Shown here: positions 31,622 through 48,013 of the stretch, in pieces
How positions within the stretch are numbered: the stretch's first letter is position 1
Layout: each line of letters begins with the position of its first letter
Source of the DNA: the human T2T-CHM13v2.0 reference genome, Homo sapiens
Direction: 5' to 3' (one strand)
Assembly: GCF_009914755.1 (NCBI RefSeq)
Contig: NC_060945.1
DNA: 64,000 nt
Translations under genes and position numbers: made by a program
The notes under the pieces: generated by a model
Seen by the model: only the letters and a program-made list of their open reading frames with translations
The model's database searches: none
Told to the model about the DNA's origin: nothing

Positions 31622-31914
31622 AGCTGGAAGCGGTGGCTCACGCCTGTAATCCCACACCTTGGGAGGCCGAGGTGGGCGGATTACCTCTGGTCAGGAGTTT
31701 GAGACCAGCCTGATCAACATGGTGGAACCTCTCTCTTAATAAAAATTTAAAAAAAATTAGTTGGGCATGGTGGCAGGTACCTGCAGTGCTAGCTACTTGG
31801 GAGGCTGAGGCGAGAGAATTGCTTGAACCTGGAAGGGGAATGTTGCAGTGAGCAAAGATCACTCCACTGAACTCCAGCCTGGACGACAGAGCAACACTCC
31901 ATCAAAAAAAATAT
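31622..31914 (+). mobile_element. AluS (Sx-like)
   Basis: Full dimer; 15-bp TSD ATTCTTTAAAATTCT (31607-31621) / ATTCTTTATAATTCT (31915-31929). Confidence 0.93.
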
Positions 31915-34900
31915 ATTCTTTATAATTCTGCCTATCACCAAGAAGTCTCACTGTACTGGCTATACTCAGTGCTCAGGAAATATCAAGGGATGGATAGCAC
32001 ATTTGAAATGATACTTGCAAACCTATTTGAGAAACACTGGTTGTCCAAGGTCAAAGGCTTTGCTTTGAGTTCTCATGGCCATTATGTCCACTCCAACAGA
32101 AACATACATTCCCATGGGATCGCATTACTAAATATACTCTGCATCTGGACTTCTCACTCCTTAACCTTGATTCTGCTCTTTAAATAGTCTGATAAAGCCA
32201 AATAATATACAAGTGTGTTGCTCTATGCCTACGCTTATCAACAATAGGTTCTGTGGCCTTTTTCAAATATAAAACCTAAAAACATTCTGCATGACCTTCA
32301 GCCCAGAGATCCAGTTTACTAGAAAAAACAGCCATGTAAGGATGGTCTTTAGGCTCAATGGAGGGATCTTACTGTTAACCGCAAACACTCAGAAAACTCC
32401 ACTAAATTTATGTTTCCCAATTAAAACTTCACCTATTTACCTCCAAGATTTCCCTGCTGATGGTAGATCTAAAATGCAGATTTCTTCAGGTATTCCCAGA
32501 ATTACAAGTCATAACTAGGGAAAAACCTCTTCCAAGTAACTTAGATAGTAGGAGATTATTAGAAATGAAATTTTTCTGCCCAAGAGCTTCAGATAGAGAC
32601 ACACAAACGCCAGTATTCACTGATAATTAGATTCTCCTTTGTTTCTTTATCTTCTTTTCTATGTTTATTTTTCCTTCTTTCTATTCATTTAATGTTTTTG
32701 AGGGTTACATGATATTCTTAAGAGCTTTACCCTTAAACTTGTTACTTTGTATATCAGGGGGATATGCTGTATTAAATAGACCTACTAATATCAAAGCTCT
32801 TTTTCTGACAGACTTTTTATTGGGATCGAATATGTTCTCTTTGATGATTTCAGGTTGGAAAGAATCTTGGTTTAAAGAGATTATTCAAGACTTTCTAATA
32901 ATTCTAATTTTCATTCTTCTTGTATTCATAGGGCTTTTTAAAATTCACTTTTTCCAGTGTCTTAAAGTATTCCATATAACAACTCATTTGATAACTTATG
33001 GAAATTCAACCACAATGAGTACAAGTCATGAGAAGTTTGATGGCAGCTGTCACCAATAAATCTGAAAGTTCAATTGACCCTAGTGGCACAGATTTGAAGG
33101 AATTAACAATATTTGTTAAATAATAAGACTCAATCCCTTCTCTGACAAAAAGGAGTTATTGTAGGAGACTCTGGAAGACTGAAAAATTACCGCTTGGCCA
33201 CCTACCTGCTTCCTCTTGACTTTGGTCCATATGGCTTGTCCTCCCACTCTGATATTTGCATAATCTTAACCTCTAACCCAACCTTCTTGCTAAAACTATA
33301 TTACCCAAACAAACAGCAGTTAAAGCCCAAAATAATTATTTCTTCTGAGACCCATATTTGACCAAACATTCCCCCAAAGTAGCTTAACATCTGCTAAAAC
33401 CTTTGGCAAAGCCCCAAGAACATTTTAACCACCCTCTCCCAAGTTAGTACACACCTTTGAGGTATTTTGCAAGCTGCTATATTCTGAATAAAGGCTTATG
33501 GTTGACGACATATCAGTTTCTTTTTTTCCATGAATATCAACTTTTATAGCCTTAAAGAGCACACATGACACACTACTAAATGAGGACATTATCTTTTATT
33601 GTGTGTCTAGTCTGAGAATAATGTTTAATTAAACTGTTTCAGATGTTTGAAGATGAGTAATAGAAAATTTGTATATTTAACTGGAATAACTAAAAATATC
33701 TAATAAATTCACATTTCTTTCCATTAATATAAATCAGGAGCAACTTAGGGTAAGCACAAGACTAACCACAAATTTAGTAATAGGAATAATTCACTTTTTT
33801 ACTGAGCTTTTGCTGTGAGCTAGGTCCTGTGCTAACTATCTGAACATGCAATTTCTCATTTAATTACCTTGATGCAAAGTATCACAGGGTCATTTTTCCC
33901 CAAAGTGATAATAATGCCATGATGACAATTTACACTAAGCATGTTTGCAACCATTTGCTTGGCATTTTAGCCAACATGGCATTTGTATAGTGTCATTGTA
34001 TTGGTCTCTATTAATATGTGCTGAGAGATCTGGCAAGATGGCTGAATAGGAACTGCTCCCGTCCACAGCTCCCAGCCAGGCCAATGCAGAAGGCCGGTGA
34101 TCTCTGCATTTCCAACTGAGGTACCCAGTTCATCTCACTGGGACTGGTTAGAGAGTGGATGCAGCCCATGGAAGGCAAGCATAAGCAGGGTGGGGCGTCA
34201 CCTCACCCGGGATGTGCAAGGGATTGGGAAACTCCCTCCCCAAGCCAAGGGAAGCCATGAGGGAATGTGCCTTGAGAGACAGTGCTATCCGGCCCAGATA
34301 CTACACTTTTCCCATGGTTTCTGCAACCCACAGACCAGGAGATTCCATCGGGTGCCTACACCACCAGGGCCCTAGGTTTCAAGCACAAAACTGGGTGGCC
34401 ATTTGGACAGACACTGTGCTAGCTGCAGGAATTTTTTTTCGTATCTCAGTGGCACCTGGAACGCCAATGAGACAGAACCGTTCACCCCCTGGAAAGTGGG
34501 TTGAAGCCAGGGAGCCGAGTGGTCTTGCTCAGTGGATCCCACCTCCAAGGAGTCCAACAAGCTAAGATCCACCGGCTTGAGGGAGGGAAGGGCGTCCACC
34601 ATTACTGAGGCTTGAGTAGGCTGTTTTCCCCTCACAGTGTAGTAGAAGCCACTGGGAAGCTCGGACTGGGCAGAACTCACCACAGTGCTGCAAAGCCGCT
34701 GTAGCCAGACTTCCTCTCTGGATTCCTCCTCTCCGGGAAGGACATTTCTGAAAGAAAAACAGCAGCCCCAGTCAGGGGCTTATAGATGAAACTCCCATCT
34801 CCCTGGGACAGAGCACCTGGAAGGAGGGGTGGCTGTGGGTGCAGCTTCAGCAGACTTAAATGTTCCTGCCTGCTGGCTCTGAAGAGAGCAGCAGATCTCT

Positions 34901-35307
34901 CAGCACAGTGCTCTAGCTGTGCTAAGGGACAGACTGCCTCCTCAAGGGGGTCCCTGACTCCCATGCCTCCTGACTGGGAGACACCTCCTAGAAGGGGTCA
35001 GCAGACATCTCATACAAGAGAGCTCCAGCTGGCATCTGGCAGGTGCCCCTCTGGGGTGAGGCTTCCAGAGGAAGGAACAGGCAGCAATCTTTGCTGTTCT
35101 GCAGCCTCTGCTAGTGATACCCAGGCAAACAGGGTCTGGAGTGGACCTCCAGCAAACTCCAGCAGACCTGCAGAAGAGAGGCCTGACTATTAGAAGGAAA
35201 ACTAACAAACACAAAGCAATATCAACATCAACAAAATGGATGCCAACTCAAAAACCCCATCCAGAGGTCATCAGAATCAAAGATCAAAGGTAGATAAATT
35301 CACAAAA

Positions 35308-36318
35308 ATGGAGAAAAACCAGGACAAAAAGGCTGAAAAAGGCCTCTTCTCCTCCAAAGGATCACAACTCCTCACCAGCAAGGGAACAAACCTGGGTGGA
35401 GAATGAGCTTGATGAATTAACAGAAGTTAGCTTCAGAAAGAGGGTAATAACAAACTCCTTCGAGCTAAAGAACCATGTTCTAACCCAATGCAAGGAAGCC
35501 AAGAACCTTGAAAAAAGGTTACAGGAACTGCTAATTAGAATAACCAGTTTAGACAAGAACATAAATGACCTGATGGGGCTGAAAAACACAGCACAGGGAC
35601 TTTGTGAAGCATACACAAGTGTCAATAGCCAAATTGATCAAGCAGAAGAAAGGATATCAAAGATTGAAGATAAACTTAATGAAATAAAGCATGAAGACAA
35701 GATTAGAGAAAGAAGAATGAAAAGGAATGAACAAATCCTCCAAGAAATATGGGACCATGTGAAAAGACCAAACTACGATTGACTGGTGTACTTAAAAGTG
35801 ACAGGGAGAATGGAACGAAGTTGGAAAACACACTTCAGGAGGTTATACAGGAGAACTTCCCCAACCTAGCAAGACAGGGCAACATTCAAATTAAGAAAAT
35901 ATAGAGAACACCACTAAGATACTCCTCTAGAAGAGCAACCCAAAGACACATAATCATCAGATTCCTCATCATTGAACCAAAGAAAAAATGTTAAGGGAAT
36001 CCAGAGAGAAAGGTCAGGTTTCCCACAAAGGGAAGCTCATCAGACTAATAGTGGATCTCTCTGCAGAAACTCTACAAGCCAGAAGAGAGTGGGGGGCCAA
36101 TATTCAACATTCTTAAAGAAAAGAATTTTCAACCCAGAATTTCATATCCAGCCAAATTAAGCTTCATAAGCAAAGGAGAAATAAAATCCTGTATAGACAA
36201 GCAAATGCTGAGGAATTTTGCCACCACCAGGGCTGCCTTACAAGAACTCCTGAAGGAAGCACTAAACATGGAAAGGAACAACTGGTACCAGCCACTGCAA
36301 AAACATACCAAATTGTAA
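35308..36318 (+). pseudogene. L1 ORF1p, disrupted
   Basis: ATG GAG AAA AAC start; ORF 35396-35782 (ENELDELTEVSFRK...LQEIWDHVKRPN) is the ORF1p coiled coil; frameshifted; stop at AAATTGTAA. Confidence 0.92.
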
Positions 36319-36381
36319 AGAACGTCGACACTATGAAGAAACTGCATCAACTAATGGACAAAAAAACCAGCTAGCATCATA

Positions 36382-39300
36382 ATGACAGGATCAAATTCAC
36401 ACATAACAATATTAACTTTAAATGTAAATGGGCTAAATGCCCCAATTAAAGGACACAGACTAGCAAATTGGATAAAACATCAAGACCCAATGGTGTGCTG
36501 TATTCAGGAGACCCATCTCAAGTGCAAAGACATACAAAGGCTCAAAAAGGGATAGAGGAATATTTATGAAGCAAATAGAAAGCAAAAAAGCAGGGGTTGC
36601 AATCCTAGTCTCTGATAAAACAGGCTTTAAACCACAAAGATCAAAAAAGACATAGAAGGCCATTGCATAATAGTAAAGGGATCAATGCAACAAGAGGAGC
36701 TAACTATCCAAAATATTTATGCACCCAATACAGGAGCACCCAGATTCATAAAGCAAGTTCTTAGAAACCGCAAAGAGACTGAGACTGCCACACAGTAATA
36801 GTGGGAAACTCTAATACCCCACTGTCAATATTAGACAGATCAACAAGAGAAAAAGTTAACAAGGATATTTGGGACTTGTAATCAGCTCTGAACCAAGTGG
36901 ACCTAATAGCCATCTACAAAACTCTCCACCCCAAATCAACAGAACGTACATGCTTTTCAGGACCACATTGCACTAAATCTAAAATTGATCACATAATTGG
37001 AAATAAAACACTCCTCACCAAATGCAAAAGAATGGAAATCATGACAGTCTCTCAGACCACAGTGCAATCAAATTAGAACTCAGGATTAAGGAACTCACTA
37101 AAAACAGCACAACTACATGGAAACTGAACAAATAGCTCCTCAATAACTACTGGGTAAATAATGAAATTAAGGCAGAAATAAATAAGTACTTTAAAACCAA
37201 TGGGAACAAAGACACAACGTACCAGAATCTCTGGGACACAGCTAAAACAGTGTTTAGAGGGAAATTTATAGCACTAAATGTCCACATGAGAAAGTGGGAA
37301 AGATCTAAAATTGACACCCTAACATCAAAATTAGAAGAACTACAGAAGCAAAAGCAAACAAATTCAAAAACTAGCAGAAGACAAGAAATAACTAAGATCA
37401 GAGCAGAACTGAAGGAGATAGAGACATGAAAAACCCTTTTAAAAAAATCAGTAAATCCAGGAGCTGACTTTTTGAAAAGATTAACAAAATAGATTGACCA
37501 CTAGCCAGAATAATAAAGAAGAAAAGAGGGAAGAATCAAATAGACACAATAAAAAATGATAAAGGGGATATCACCACCAATCCCACAGAAATACAAAATA
37601 GCATCAGAGAATACTATAAACACCTCTATGCAAATAAACTAGAAAACCTAGCAGAAACGGACAAATTCCTGGACACATACACACTCCCAAGACTAAACCA
37701 GGAAGAAGTCAAATCTCTGAGTAGACCAATAACATGTTCTGAAATTGAGGCAGTAATTAATAGCCTACCAATGAAAAAAAGACCGGGACTAGACGGATTC
37801 ACAGCTGAATTCTCCCAGAGGTACAAAGAGGAGCCTGTATTATTCCTTTTGAAATTTTCCAAACAATAGAAAAAGAGGAACTCCTCCCTAACTCATTTTA
37901 TGAGGCCAGCACAATCCTGATACCAAAACCTGGCAGAGACACACACAAAAAAGAAAATTTCAGGCCAATGTCCATGATGAACATCGATGTGAAAATCCGC
38001 AATAAAATAATGGCAAAACGAATCCAGCAGCACATCAAAAAGCGTATCCACCACAATCAAGTCGGCTTCATACCTGTGATGCAAGGATGGTTCAACATAT
38101 GAAAATCAGTAAACATAATCCATCACATAAACAGAATCAATGACAAAACAACGTGATTATCTCAACAGATGCAGAAAAGGCCTTCAATAAAATTCAACAC
38201 ACATTCATGCTAAACAAACTCAATAAACTAGGTATTGAAGGGACATATCTCAAAATAATAAGAGCTATTTACGACAAACGCACAGCCAATATCATACTGA
38301 ATGCACAAAAGCTAGAAGCATTTCCCTTGAAAACCGGCACAAGACAAGGATGGCCTCTCTCACTACTCCTATTCAACACTATATTGGAAGTTCTGGCCAG
38401 GGCAATCAGGCAAGAGAAAGAAATAAAGGATATTCAAATAGGAAAAGAGGAAGTCAAATTGTCTCTGTTTGCAGATGACATGATTGTATATTTAGGAAAC
38501 CACATCATCTGAAAACTCCCTAAGCTGATAAGCAACTTAAGCAAAGTCTCAGGATACAAAATCAATGGGCAAAAATCACAAGCATTCCTATACACCAATA
38601 ATAGACAAACAGAGAGCCAAGTCGTGAGTGAACTCCCATTCACAATTGCTACAAAGAGAATAAAATACCTAGGAATACAACTTATAAGGAATGTGAAGGT
38701 CCTCTTCAAGGAGAACTACAAACCACTGCTCAAGGAAATAAGAGAGGACACAAACAAATGGAAAAACATTCCATGCTCATGGATAGGAAGAATCAATATC
38801 TTGAAAATGGCCATACTGTCCAAAGTAATTCATAGATTCAATGCTATTTCCCTGAAGCTACTATTGACTTTCTTCACAGAATTAGAAAAAACTACTTTAA
38901 ATTGTATATGGAACCAAAAAAGAGCCTGTATAGTCAAGACAATCCTAAGCAAAAAAACAAAGCTTGAGGCATTACGCTCCCCGACTTTAAACTATACTAC
39001 AAAAGTCCACATTAACCAAAATTGCATGGTACTGGTACCAAAACAGATATATAGACCAACGAAACAGAACAGAGGCCTCAGAAATAACACCACACATACA
39101 TGACCGTCTGATCTTTGACAAATCTGACACAAACAGGCAATTGGGAAAGGATTCCCTATTTAATAAATTGTGTTGAGAAAACTGACTAGCCATATGCAGA
39201 AAACTAAAGCTGGACCACCTCCTTACACCTTACACAAAAATTAACTCAAGATGGGTTAAAGACTTAAATGTAAGACCTAAAGCCACAAATACCCTAGAAG

Positions 39301-40182
39301 AAAACCTAGGCAATACCATTCAGGACATAGGCATGGGCAAAGACTTCATGTTTAAAACACAAAAAGCAATGGCAGCTAAAGCCAAAATTGACAAATGGGA
39401 TCTAATTAAACTAAAGAGCTTCTGTACAGCAAAAGAAACTATCATCAGAGTGAACAGGCAACCTACAGAATGGGAGAAAATTTTTGTCATCTATCCATCT
39501 GACTAAGGGCTAATATTCAGAATCTATAGGAACTTAAACAAATTTACAAGAACAAAAAAACCCCATCAAAAAGTGGGCAAAGGATATAAACAGACACTTC
39601 TCAAAAGACGACATCTATGTGGCCAACAGACATAAGAAAAAATGCTCATCATCACTGGTCGTTAGAGAAATGCAAATCAAAACCATGATGGGATAACATC
39701 TCATGCCAGTTAAAATGGCAATCAATAAAAAGTCAGAAAACAACAGATGCTGGAGACGATGTGGAGAAATAAGAATGCTTTTACACTTTTGGTGGGAGTG
39801 TAAATTAGTTCAACCATTGTGAAAGTGTGGCAATTCCTCAAGGATCTGGAACCAGAAATGCCATTTAACCCAGTAATCCCATTACTGGGTATATACCCAA
39901 AGATTATATATCATTCTACTATAAAGACACATGCACACGTATGTTTATTGCAGCATTATTTACAATAGCAAAGACTTGGAACCAACCCAAATGCCCATCA
40001 ATGATAGACTGGTTAAAGAAAATGTGGCACATAAACAACGTGGAATACTATGCAGCCATAAAAAAGGTGAGTTCATGTTCTTTTCAGGGACATGGATGAA
40101 GCTGGAAACTATCATTCTCAGCAAACTAACACAGGAACAGAAAACCAAATACTGCATGTTCTCACTCATAAGTGGGAGTTGA
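36382..40182 (+). pseudogene. L1 ORF2p (endonuclease/RT), disrupted
   Basis: MTGSNSHITILTLNVNGLNAPIK start; RT motifs GTRQG.PLS and [10 protein letters not shown] (FADD at 38468-38479); ends MFSLISGS*; broken into many short ORFs. Confidence 0.93.
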
Positions 40183-40842
40183 ACAATGAGAATATATCGA
40201 CATAGGGAGGGGAACATCACACACTAGGGCCTGTTGGGGGGTGGGGGCTAAGGGGAGGGATAGCATTAGGAGAAATACCTAACATAGATGACGGGTTGAT
40301 GGGTGCAGCAAACCACCATGGCACATGTATACCTATGTTACAAACCTGCACGTTCTGCTCATGTTCCTAGAATTTAAAGTATATTAAAAAATATGCCAAG
40401 TGCTTATTATCAGAATGTTAACAGAAAATATAGACAGAAAAAATAACTTTGTGTATATACTCTGTCATAAACAGCACAATCACCAAATTTTAGTCATACT
40501 ATGCTCTTAAATCATATCTGATGTTTCTAAATTTTTAAAGTATTGTGCTTCTTTTAAACAAAGATCCATATACAAATGTTGAGACAGCCTGCAGCATTTA
40601 AGTTGCAAAAAGATGCTCTAAGTGGAAATTGTGTATAATTTTAAGATAACTAAGCAGTATACCTAGACAATATAACAAGACAAGTTCAGTAGCATAACTC
40701 TTAGCGGCAGGTATTATAAATTAGGTAAAAATTACATTCACTTTTAAAGAAACACTGATGAATTCACTAATAAGGGAAAGACATTACACATTATTTTAAA
40801 CATACTGTTAAACAGACACTATTGTAATGCTGTAATGACATC

Positions 40843-40856
40843 CCAGTAGGCGGCAC
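40843..40856 (+). promoter_or_regulatory. Candidate CTCF core motif CCAGTAGGCGGCAC
   Basis: 13/14 match to CCASYAGRKGGCRS in non-repetitive sequence that locally retains CpGs; motif only, binding not shown. Confidence 0.5.
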
Positions 40857-42059
40857 ATATTACACACCATTTACCGCGGCAAGGAGCATGAGAGCCATTG
40901 CACAACTGGCTACAGGAGGATAAAGTGGTAAATCGCAGCATCACTGAAGCATGAATGTAGCCTAATTAACAAAACTGAAGCTTCTACACTCATGCTGTCT
41001 TTTCACATGTCTTAATTCACTTGCATGGTCTATGCCTTTGTGTTCAGTAGAATGTTGCTTCTCACTGGCATGCTGCAGTGTTTCTCGTCTACCTGCTGCA
41101 TTTTGAGTGATATCTTAAGATGCTGTGCATGCAATTATCTTTTGCTCAGTAGTATTCTACTTAAAATCTACCATCTAACTTCTAGCTTCTTCTATTAAAA
41201 GCAAGTAGAAATGTCTGACTTCTGGAATCACATTCAAAAATATATTTCTTAATTTCTTGTAGTTATGAGTGTAATTCCGTTTATTTCAACAAAATCCTAG
41301 CTAAATTCTTTTCTACAATTTTTAATACCCAAGGATATTAACTTACACTGGAGAGTAATAGAGAAGAAAACAAATGAGGCTTACCTTTCTTGATGACAGG
41401 CAAAACTACTCATCTCTGAATACTTCTGTCAGCCTCTCCGTCTTCAAAATATACATCAACTTTTCTCTTCTCTCTCCATTCAGTAGAATGAAAAACTGTT
41501 TAGTTTTATATAGCTGCACTGTTGTAAGTCATACAAATAATATTATCTGTATGAAATAGTGAAAGATCAGTTGATAGAACATCTTAAGTCCTGTTGTTTA
41601 ATTACTGAAACCCGTTTAAATCTTCTGTGGCATAATTTGCTCTTTGAATCATGAGAGAGTGATTGATTACTTTTGGAATGTTACTGATTTTGAAGTTCAT
41701 TTGATTCCATTTATCTTCATCTCTTATCATGTACAACTTTTGAGGAAGGAACAAATCTGAAGCACAATATATTTATGTGTTTGAATACCATAAAGCCAAA
41801 ATAAAGCCTCATTAACCAATTCTTTCAGTGGCATTGTCACTGATTTTTGTTTGTGAGCTTCAGTAAAGCAGCCTAAACAACAATGCCAGGTCTCTAGATA
41901 TGTGGCATGATATAATAAAGTCAAGTGAGTTATTCTTATGCCACAATATCTTATCTACAACATGTAATGATGAACAAAATTCAATGTATTAAACACACCT
42001 ATGTATATATACAATTCATTACATATGTACCTGATATATTCATCCATAAACAGATGCAC

Positions 42060-42210
42060 TGAGTTATTATTGATGACAGTAAAATGAACACATTTAAATT
42101 GTTCAATGTAATAATTTTGATATCTGCATACACTAATGGCACTATGATTATAATCAAAACAATAAATATACCTTAACTTCAAAAGCTTTCTGTGATCCTT
42201 AAAGTCCTCT
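42060..42210 (-). mobile_element. L1ME-type 3' end fragment
   Basis: ACAGTAAAATGAACACATTTAAATTGTTCA...ATAATCAAAACAATAAATATACC resembles an old L1 3' end. Confidence 0.4.
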
Positions 42211-42289
42211 CTGTTGTTTATTTTTCAAGATAGTGGTTCAATTTAAAAAATAAAAAAAATTATGAAATACAGAAGAATAATTGAAATAT

Positions 42290-44535
<2,246 letters not shown>

Positions 44536-44673
44536 TGGGGAAGGTTGTAAACTTTGGCTGTAAATTTCTGTTGATACTCTTCCTTTAAAAAAGTGGAGTT
44601 CATTTTTCCACCCATGTGAAATTGGGATGGCTTTGTGGATTGCATAAGCCAGTAAATGTGTTGGAAATAATGC

Positions 44674-45116
44674 TGTTTCTCATAGTTTGAATTCTCCCGG
44701 AAACAGAGCCTGAAATGGAGGTTAGTGTGCGTGATGTTTATTAGGGGATGCGCTTTGTATTAACATCTACATAGACAAGGGGAAGAAAGCAAAGTTTAAC
44801 AGAGGAAGAAGATGACCTGCAAACAACTTACTGTATCTTTAGCCGACCTGCCATGGAGCACTGGAACTAAAATGTCTTTCAGAGTCATCCTTCATTTAGT
44901 TAAAATGGCCAAGTCTTTCTTTATGCCCGATTACCATCATTTATTGAATGTGGGTGTCCTTGATGGTAGGTTACCACAGGTGCAGTAAATATCTGTAACT
45001 GACACAACTTTTGAAAGTGCTCACATGGGAAAACTTTTTGTTAACAAGATTTCCAACCACAAGGCAACATGTTTTTTGAAGAAGAATATGGACGATATAT
45101 TCCTATGTCCACCATA
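44674..45116 (-). mobile_element. LTR16A-like ERV-L LTR
   Basis: TTCTCCCGGAAACAGAGCCTGA...TGTTTATTAGGG...CAGAGGAAGAAG...TGTCCACCATA. Confidence 0.7.
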
Positions 45117-45156
45117 CCGTATGACTTCTCAGGCTATGCTTTAAAATCTGTTTGCT

Positions 45157-45468
<312 letters not shown>

Positions 45469-45978
45469 TTTGCCTCCTTCCTTTTAATTCTTTTGGAACA
45501 CTCTTTCATTTATTATTATTTTTAAATTTTCTGTATTTTATGATTCTTTAGCATGTTGGGGCCTTGTAGACCTTGGGAAAGGCTGATTCCCCCAGAATTA
45601 GCTTTTTCCTGGACATAGCAAACAACTTACCTGTGAATATGCCTTTGATATGCAAACCAACCGAATCTGAGTTCATAAACTCCATCATCTGCTTTATCAG
45701 GCTCTTGCCATCCAGGGACAATATCTCCCTGCCCTAAATCAGTCCAGCACCAAGTACTAGGCAACGAGGGACCACCCTTATAATCCAGAGCCCACCAAAA
45801 TTATTCAGTGTCAAATTCTAAGCCTACTTACCATTCCTCACCCTTTCCTTCCCAAAATAACCACAATACAGGTTTTCAGCCATGTTCTTCATTTGCTTTT
45901 TCAGACTCCTAACTGACCCTGGTGCCTCTCCATGCGGCCTGCATGGTGTGGTATTCCCCATTCTTTTGGAAACAGTGA

Positions 45979-46338
<360 letters not shown>

Positions 46339-46761
46339 ACAATTGCCATTTTAATTACAGTAATCTCCTGATCTGTTGGCCTCACCATACCTAAATAAAG
46401 TAAATTCTCATGTACCTTTTAAAATAACTCTCTCTTCAAAGCCATCAACTTTTTGCAGAAGGATAAGCAAAATTATTGGATGATGAGAGACCATGTGCAA
46501 TGAGAAAGGCTCCATGAACAGAACTGAAGCTATACAGTCAATAGCCTGTACTAAAGCCCCATACATGTGAGAAGGATCTCCTGGGACATTTCAGCCCAGC
46601 TGAACTCCCAGATGAAGGCAGTCCCACAGTCATCACAGCCAACACTGTATCTGCCAGCCAATCCTCAGAAGCATGAAAAGTAATAAACCTGTTTTCAAGA
46701 AACTGTTTGTGATGATTTGTCATGTCACAATAAATTATTACTCACCATAAACAAATAATCA

Positions 46762-47270
46762 GAAATTAGTGCCACAGGTAGTGGGCTGTTGTAACAAAAC
46801 CTGTAATATTTGGCACTGGCTTTTGGAAGTGCTAATAAGTAAGAACATTAAAAAGGATAAGGAAGCCGTAATTGAAAACTAGAGTAATAGTAAACTAATG
46901 GTTGGTGGAGGGTGGAGCAGGCAAAAAGAAATTGCTATTTGACACTGGGATAACTGGGAGAAAAGAAGACACATGTTACATGACATCATTACCTACTGTA
47001 GCACAGAAGATGGGAAATGTATTAAATGAACTTATTATATATGAAGATATGTTCAAGTAGGATATTAAAAATGCTGATTGGTTTCTTCTATTAATTGGCA
47101 GAGATAAAGATAAACTGAACATTTTACATTTTCAAGCAGAATCTAGAAGACAATTTTGTAATGCAGAACTTGCTGGCTTGCAAAATAAAACTTTATCATC
47201 CTCAACTTCTTCAGCTGGGAAATGGTTGACAAATTAAGAAGTGATCTCAGGCAAAATTGAATTTCACCTA
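46762..47270 (+). mobile_element. MLT1-int 5' portion
   Basis: AGAAATTAGTGCC internal start after the LTR; GCTGTTGTAACAAAACC, GAAATGTATTAAATGAACTT, CAGAACTTGCTGGCTTG. Confidence 0.6.
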
Positions 47271-47649
47271 ACTGGTCTCAGAACACTCGAGAAGCCGAGG
47301 CAGGTACTGGCTGAAAGGCTTTATGAACGTAGATATGGAATGCCTTCATATGCTACTGGTTTTTCTTTTTCCTTGACTGATTATAGACTTGGTTTGGAAA
47401 TTCTATAGACTAAGATAACACAATTTTGAAAAGTGAAATGGGACATTAATTTATAGCAAAAAAAAAATTCTACCTTTACATCCTCAGAGAACTTCTATGA
47501 GTGAATTTCTCCCTCTCCACCTCTTTCTATCTGCTAAGGCAAGGGTAAGTGATCTGATTGGGGTATGCATGACCCATGGATGTAGAACATCTATCTATCT
47601 CACACTCCAGCAGGAGCTTATGGCCTTTTTGTCTGCCTGCCTTGTGTGT

Positions 47650-48013
47650 TGACATGGTTTGGCTGTGTCCCCACCCAAATCTCATCTTGAATTGTAGCTC
47701 CCATTATCCCCAATTGTCATGGGAGGGACTTGGTGTGAGGTAATTGAATCATGGTGAAGGGTTTTTCCCATGTTGTTCTCACGATAGTGAATAAGTCTCA
47801 TGAGATCTGATGGTTTTATAAAGGGCAGTTTCCCTGCACACACTCTCTTGCCTGCCACCATGTAAGATGAGCCTTTGCTCTTCCTTTGCCTTCCACCATG
47901 ATTGTGAGGCCTCCCCAACCACGAGGAACGGTGAGTCTGCTAAACCTCTTTTTCTTTATAAATTACCCAGTCTTGGGCATTTCTTCATATCAGTATGAGA
48001 ATGGACTAATACA
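47650..48013 (+). mobile_element. THE1B/D solo LTR
   Basis: TGACATGGTTTGGCTGTGTCCCCACCCAAATCTCATC...GGACTAATACA; perfect TSD TGTGT (47645-47649 / 48014-48018). Confidence 0.95.

Larger units (their letters stand above)
34024..40390 (+). mobile_element. Full-length, inactive L1PA7-like LINE-1 (~6.4 kb)
   Basis: CAAGATGGCTGAATAGGAAC 5' start, long PA7/8-type 5'UTR, ORF1, ORF2, 3'UTR TAGATGACGGGTTGATGGGTGCAGCAAACCACC; short A tail; only a partial TSD (AATATG...). Confidence 0.95.

Noticed and set aside
32661-33059. 132-aa hydrophobic ORF resembling a membrane protein
   Set aside because: F/L/I richness follows from T-rich composition; no recognisable family or convincing splice or promoter context.
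34097-35214. Overlapping ORFs on both strands
   Set aside because: L1 5'UTR sequence; no evidence for an intact ORF0.
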